Assembly: GCA_937862565.1 (NCBI GenBank)
Contig: CALMFT010000032.1
Coordinates: forward strand, 3,175 to 67,174
Origin: an uncultured bacterium
GTDB lineage: Bacteria; Patescibacteriota; Gracilibacteria; Absconditabacterales; Absconditicoccaceae
Reading direction: 5' to 3'
DNA length: 64,000 nt
Part shown: piece by piece, positions 60,291-64,000 of the stretch
Position numbering within the stretch: the first letter of the stretch is position 1
How the letters are laid out: the number at the start of each line of letters is the position of its first letter
Program-made: the position numbers and the translations under genes
The notes under the pieces: generated by a model
What the model was told of the DNA's origin: nothing
Databases searched by the model: none
The model's input: the letters and a program-made list of their open reading frames with translations, nothing else

Positions 60291-61532
60291 ATGTTTAAAA
60301 AAATTTTGCTGACCATCGGGATTATTTGAGCTTGTTTCTCTTTCAGCTCTCTTGCAAAAGCTTATACTCTATGATTATACTCTCAGTCAAAAACAGTTCA
60401 AGAAGTCAAAGATGTTGAAGATAAAATTTCTCCATATACCTTACAAGTTTCAGCATTTATTTTTGATAGATATAGTGGCCAAGGAAGTAATGCAATTAAA
60501 GAAATTGTGAATAAACTAGGAACATGAAATAGGATATATCATATTACTCTTTCTCCAGATCATCTCACTGCTATTCAAGTTGCGTCAGGATATTTTGATG
60601 ATGAATATAAAGCATTTTTTGAAGATATAAAAAAATATAAGATAAAAGTAATTTTTCGTACTATGCATGAGATGAATGGAGGTTGGTACGCACGATGAAG
60701 TGACCCAACTTCATTCAAAAAAGCATGGAAAAGGATATACGCGCTTTCTAGGAAGGTCGGACTCGACAAATCCAATATCCAATTTGATTTTTCTTTCAAT
60801 CGACATGATATGCCATTAGATCGAAGTAAAGTTTCAGACACTAATGGATATGTACCAAATCAATCTAGTCCGCTTATTACTTGCAATTTAGAACAAAAAG
60901 AAAAAACAAACTGTCTTACTCGAGAAGATTATTATCCAGGTTATCAATATGTAGATATAATCTGATTTTCAGTATATAATTGGTGAAAAGCTACTAGCAA
61001 TCGTCAATGGCTGAGCTTTAAAGATATTATTTTTGATAGTGCTCGAAATAATCGAGCAAGAATACTTACCATAAAGAAACCAATTTATATTGACGAGGTA
61101 GGGACTACGGCAATCTATTACAATCAATTTTTCAATTGGTTAAAATCTCAAAAAATGTTTACATCTGCGAAAGACGATAAGAGTAAATGGCTGAGCGATC
61201 TTGCAGAATTTATTGATAATACCCCTGAGGTAATAGGTTTAAACTATTTCAATGTGGATTATACTTACTGACTTTTGCAGCACATTATGGGAGAAGCAGA
61301 TTGGAAAATTATTGATCCAGAAAAATGAATTTTGTATGATGGAGTTCATGAACTTCTGAAAAGAAATGACAACCTCGATGCAAGTTTATTATTTGAAACG
61401 GTAAAAAAACCGAGCCCTACTAAAAATACTACAAATAAACCAACAACAAAAACTAGCAATCTTAATACTGGGTCAACTACTACTATAAAAACAGGCACAA
61501 CAATAAGAAAAATACTAACCTTACCTTATTAA
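60291..61532 (+). CDS. secreted GH26-like glycoside hydrolase
   Basis: A signal peptide is present. FRTMHEMNGGWYA[CGA][TGA]SDP corresponds to the GH26 motif HEMNG.W..WG. The C-terminal tail is Thr/Lys-rich. Only track ORF 61332-61532 overlaps it. Confidence 0.6.
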
Positions 61533-63217
61533 TCTTTAGTTAAATATCTGAATATTTTTTCTTTATTATTTCTTTTTGGGGCATCTTCCAAAACCCGTAC
61601 AAACGCTTTTTTGATTAATACTCATACTTCAGGAGAAGGAGATAATTCGAAGCGTTTCATAATATCGTCACCATTCACAAGCATCTTATCGATAGTAAAC
61701 TGACCTTCAGAATTTTTGAGATCATCAAGAATCTCGTACAGAGCATTTACATTATCAATTTGAGGTTTTTGAACTGGATTGTAGTGACCAGCGCGGTCCC
61801 CTCTCGTAATATCAAATAGATTGAACACTTGCTCATAGCCTACTTCAGAATATAGTTCTCTTATTTTTTTCTTCCAAGAATCTGATTTTGACATCAATAT
61901 TTCTCCAGGCTTCATATGATTTTTGATATACCACTTTATTTCAGAAATTTCTTTATTTGTAAATCCTATTCTCAATAAATCTTCTTCCGCAAGATCCTGG
62001 CCACAGTTAACATGGTTGAGCCAACCTGAATAGATAAAAGGTCTTTCTTCTTCTCCGAGATTAAAACTATGAGAGTGATATTGTTCTAATTTACCACAAT
62101 CGTGATAGAGCATAGCCATTCTCACGAGGTAGTTTTCATTGATGGTCTGTAAGAAATTGAGAGCCAACAAACTATGAGTGTAGACATCAAATGGATGATA
62201 TCTCACAGGTTGAGGTAGATATTTTATAGCATGAATTGCTGGAAACAAAGACTTGAGTAAGTTGAGTTCATCAAGAATTGCGATATAAGCAAATGGATTT
62301 GGTCCAGAAAATACTTTTTTGAGTTCATCGTGAATACGTTCTTTGCTGAGATTTTTTACAAGAAAATAATGTTTTTTCATACTCTTCCAAGTATTTTTTT
62401 CGTAATCAAAATCAGTATCTAGAAGACTATCAAAGTTTAGCGTATTTTGAAATCTTACTGCTCTGAGTATTCTGAGAGCATCTTCAGTAAATCTGAGATC
62501 AGGCTTGCCTACTGCTCTAATCTTACCATCTACGATATCTTGAATTCATAAATAAGGATCTCGAATGATTCAGATTATTTTTTCTAATTCTATTTTTTGT
62601 TCTTTACAAAATTTCTCAAATTCATTTTTATCTAAGTTACCTTTTGGTAATAAGATATCAATAACTTGATGATCTTGCAGAAGAAGAATACAGTCTATCA
62701 CTATAAATTTATGATCTTTGAGATATTGTAAGATGTATTCATCAGTATGTGTATTTTTTGAAATTACTTTTTTGTCAGATTGTTGTAATTGAGTATAATA
62801 TAGAGCATTAATGGTAAAATCTCTTCTTCCTGCGTCTAATACAAGACTATCAGACCGTTGTATCTCATCCGGATGACGCGAATCAGTATAAGAACCTTCT
62901 TCACGGAAAGGAGTAATCTCATAGTAGAGTGAGCTTTCAGGGTTCTTCTTAACAATAGTAATCGTACCAAATTTTTCTGTACGAAACAATGAAACATCTT
63001 CTAGTTTATCTTTCTTGACTTTGGCGTTGAGAGTACTTCGTAGATCGTCTGGATCAGCACACATAGTGAGGTCTACGTCTATAATATCTTTATTTTTTCA
63101 GATTATACAATCTCTTACTACACCTCCAACAATGAAAAAATCCTTCAATCCCATGGTTTCTTCTAGAAAATGGATATGAGAGTCTAATTGGGTAAGTGTG
63201 ATGAAATTAAGATGCAT
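61529..63217 (-). CDS. cca: CCA-adding enzyme / tRNA nucleotidyltransferase with HD domain
   Basis: Pieces 63098-63313, 62570-63064 and 61622-62380 share one frame. FIVGGVVRD, GRRDFTINALYY, FTEDALRILRAVRF and HD (LYHDCGK) are present. The start is uncertain (ATG at 63217 or the Met of MGLKDF near 63165). Confidence 0.8.
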
Positions 63218-63767
63218 GATTGAGGGTTTGAGTAATTTCGATTCCGTACTGTTTTTGTTTCTCTTCTCGACGTTCTTTGAGTACAGGTTGTTTAAGATAA
63301 TCTGTAAATTCACTTTCCATCATATGCTGAGTAGTTCTATCTTTGAGCGCTGGGTGTTCCAAATCACTACCATAACTCTTATATAATGCCATCCCTCTAT
63401 AAGTTTTATATCGTTTTATAATCTGATATTGTTCTTCTTTTGTAAAGTCTTCATTTTCAAGAAAATATAATTCACAGGCTGCTTTATATATTTTAAGTTT
63501 TTCAAATTCGTTATTGATAGGCCTATTATATTCATTTACTATCTTATTTACTCCATATATTACTTTCATAATTTTTGTAAAATATTCAGGAGAGTTTTTA
63601 TATTCAAAATATCCTAATACTTTCATAAGATCAAGAATATATTTTCTTTCTTCATAGTCTCGTTTTTTAAAGTTCTCATGTGTTACTTTATTATTAGTTT
63701 GATTCCTCAATAATATATTTTCTGCTTTTTTCTGAGTTTCTTCTCGTGATTGATTCAGTATGTCCAT
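63207..63767 (-). CDS. hypothetical protein (186 aa)
   Basis: Intact ORF with a TAA stop that overlaps the cca start by 11 nt. Confidence 0.45.
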   Translation of the reverse strand: MDILNQSREETQKKAENILLRNQTNNKVTHENFKKRDYEERKYILDLMKVLGYFEYKNSPEYFTKIMKVIYGVNKIVNEYNRPINNEFEKLKIYKAACELYFLENEDFTKEEQYQIIKRYKTYRGMALYKSYGSDLEHPALKDRTTQHMMESEFTDYLKQPVLKERREEKQKQYGIEITQTLNHAS

Positions 63768-63800
63768 AATGCAATAATTAGGAAATAAAGTACTACTCTC

Positions 63801-64000
63801 CTAGGATAAGTGTGACAATGCATGAGCTACTTGTTCTTTCAATTCAGGTCTTTTTCGAATATCATTGCAAATAGTATCAATACATCTTTTCATATTTATC
63901 TTATCATCAAACTGATAAGACGAATACGTCAATATATTACTGATATAATGATTTAAATTAGCACCATATTTATACAATGAATCTCTCCAGCAATCTTTAT
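63801..64000 (-). CDS. hypothetical protein, C-terminal fragment (gene enters from the right edge)
   Basis: The frame is open to TAG at 63801 (...KRPELKEQVAHALSHLS*). Confidence 0.35.
   Translation of the reverse strand, partial: KDCWRDSLYKYGANLNHYISNILTYSSYQFDDKINMKRCIDTICNDIRKRPELKEQVAHALSHLS

Overview
AT-rich (about 30% GC by eye) bacterial chromosome segment that only makes sense under a recoded genetic code. In-frame TGA falls on conserved Gly positions (translation table 25, as in Absconditabacteria/SR1 and Gracilibacteria of the CPR/Patescibacteria). In addition, CGA (and one CGG) fall on invariant Trp positions. The supplied standard-code ORF track therefore fragments almost every gene, so I re-joined same-frame pieces through TGA and give rebuilt coordinates; starts are less certain than stops. 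Housekeeping genes: sufB, obg, gyrA, recX, a xerC/D-like recombinase, a polyprenyl synthase, an ABC-F ATPase, rlmN, cca, an msrB-msrA fusion, a bacterial Elp3, an aldehyde dehydrogenase and an FAD oxidoreductase. Envelope genes: an O-antigen-ligase-like protein, DedA, a GT4 glycosyltransferase, an SLH-like protein, an M23 peptidase and a GH26-like hydrolase. Type IV pilus/T2SS genes: pilC at 24.3-25.4 kb and pilB at 33.9-35.5 kb. RNA genes: tRNA-Met, tRNA-Glu and tRNA-Val. The main second-look items are: (1) the TGA->Gly plus CGA/CGG->Trp recoding; (2) a 9-mer, ATAATCTGA, present about 50 times on both strands, in several reading frames and in intergenic DNA, which resembles a DNA-uptake-sequence pattern; (3) two paralogous tandem-repeat proteins, one directly downstream of pilC and one directly downstream of pilB; (4) a 2296-aa secreted protein (RCC1-like plus cadherin-like domains) hidden in an apparent 6.9-kb ORF desert, next to the M23 peptidase; (5) truncated ligA and uvrA bounding a 4.9-kb block; (6) a tRNA-adjacent variable region with duplicated leader/hairpin cassettes, a G9 tract and a frameshifted gene. 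I found no rRNA, CRISPR array, transposase or clear prophage.
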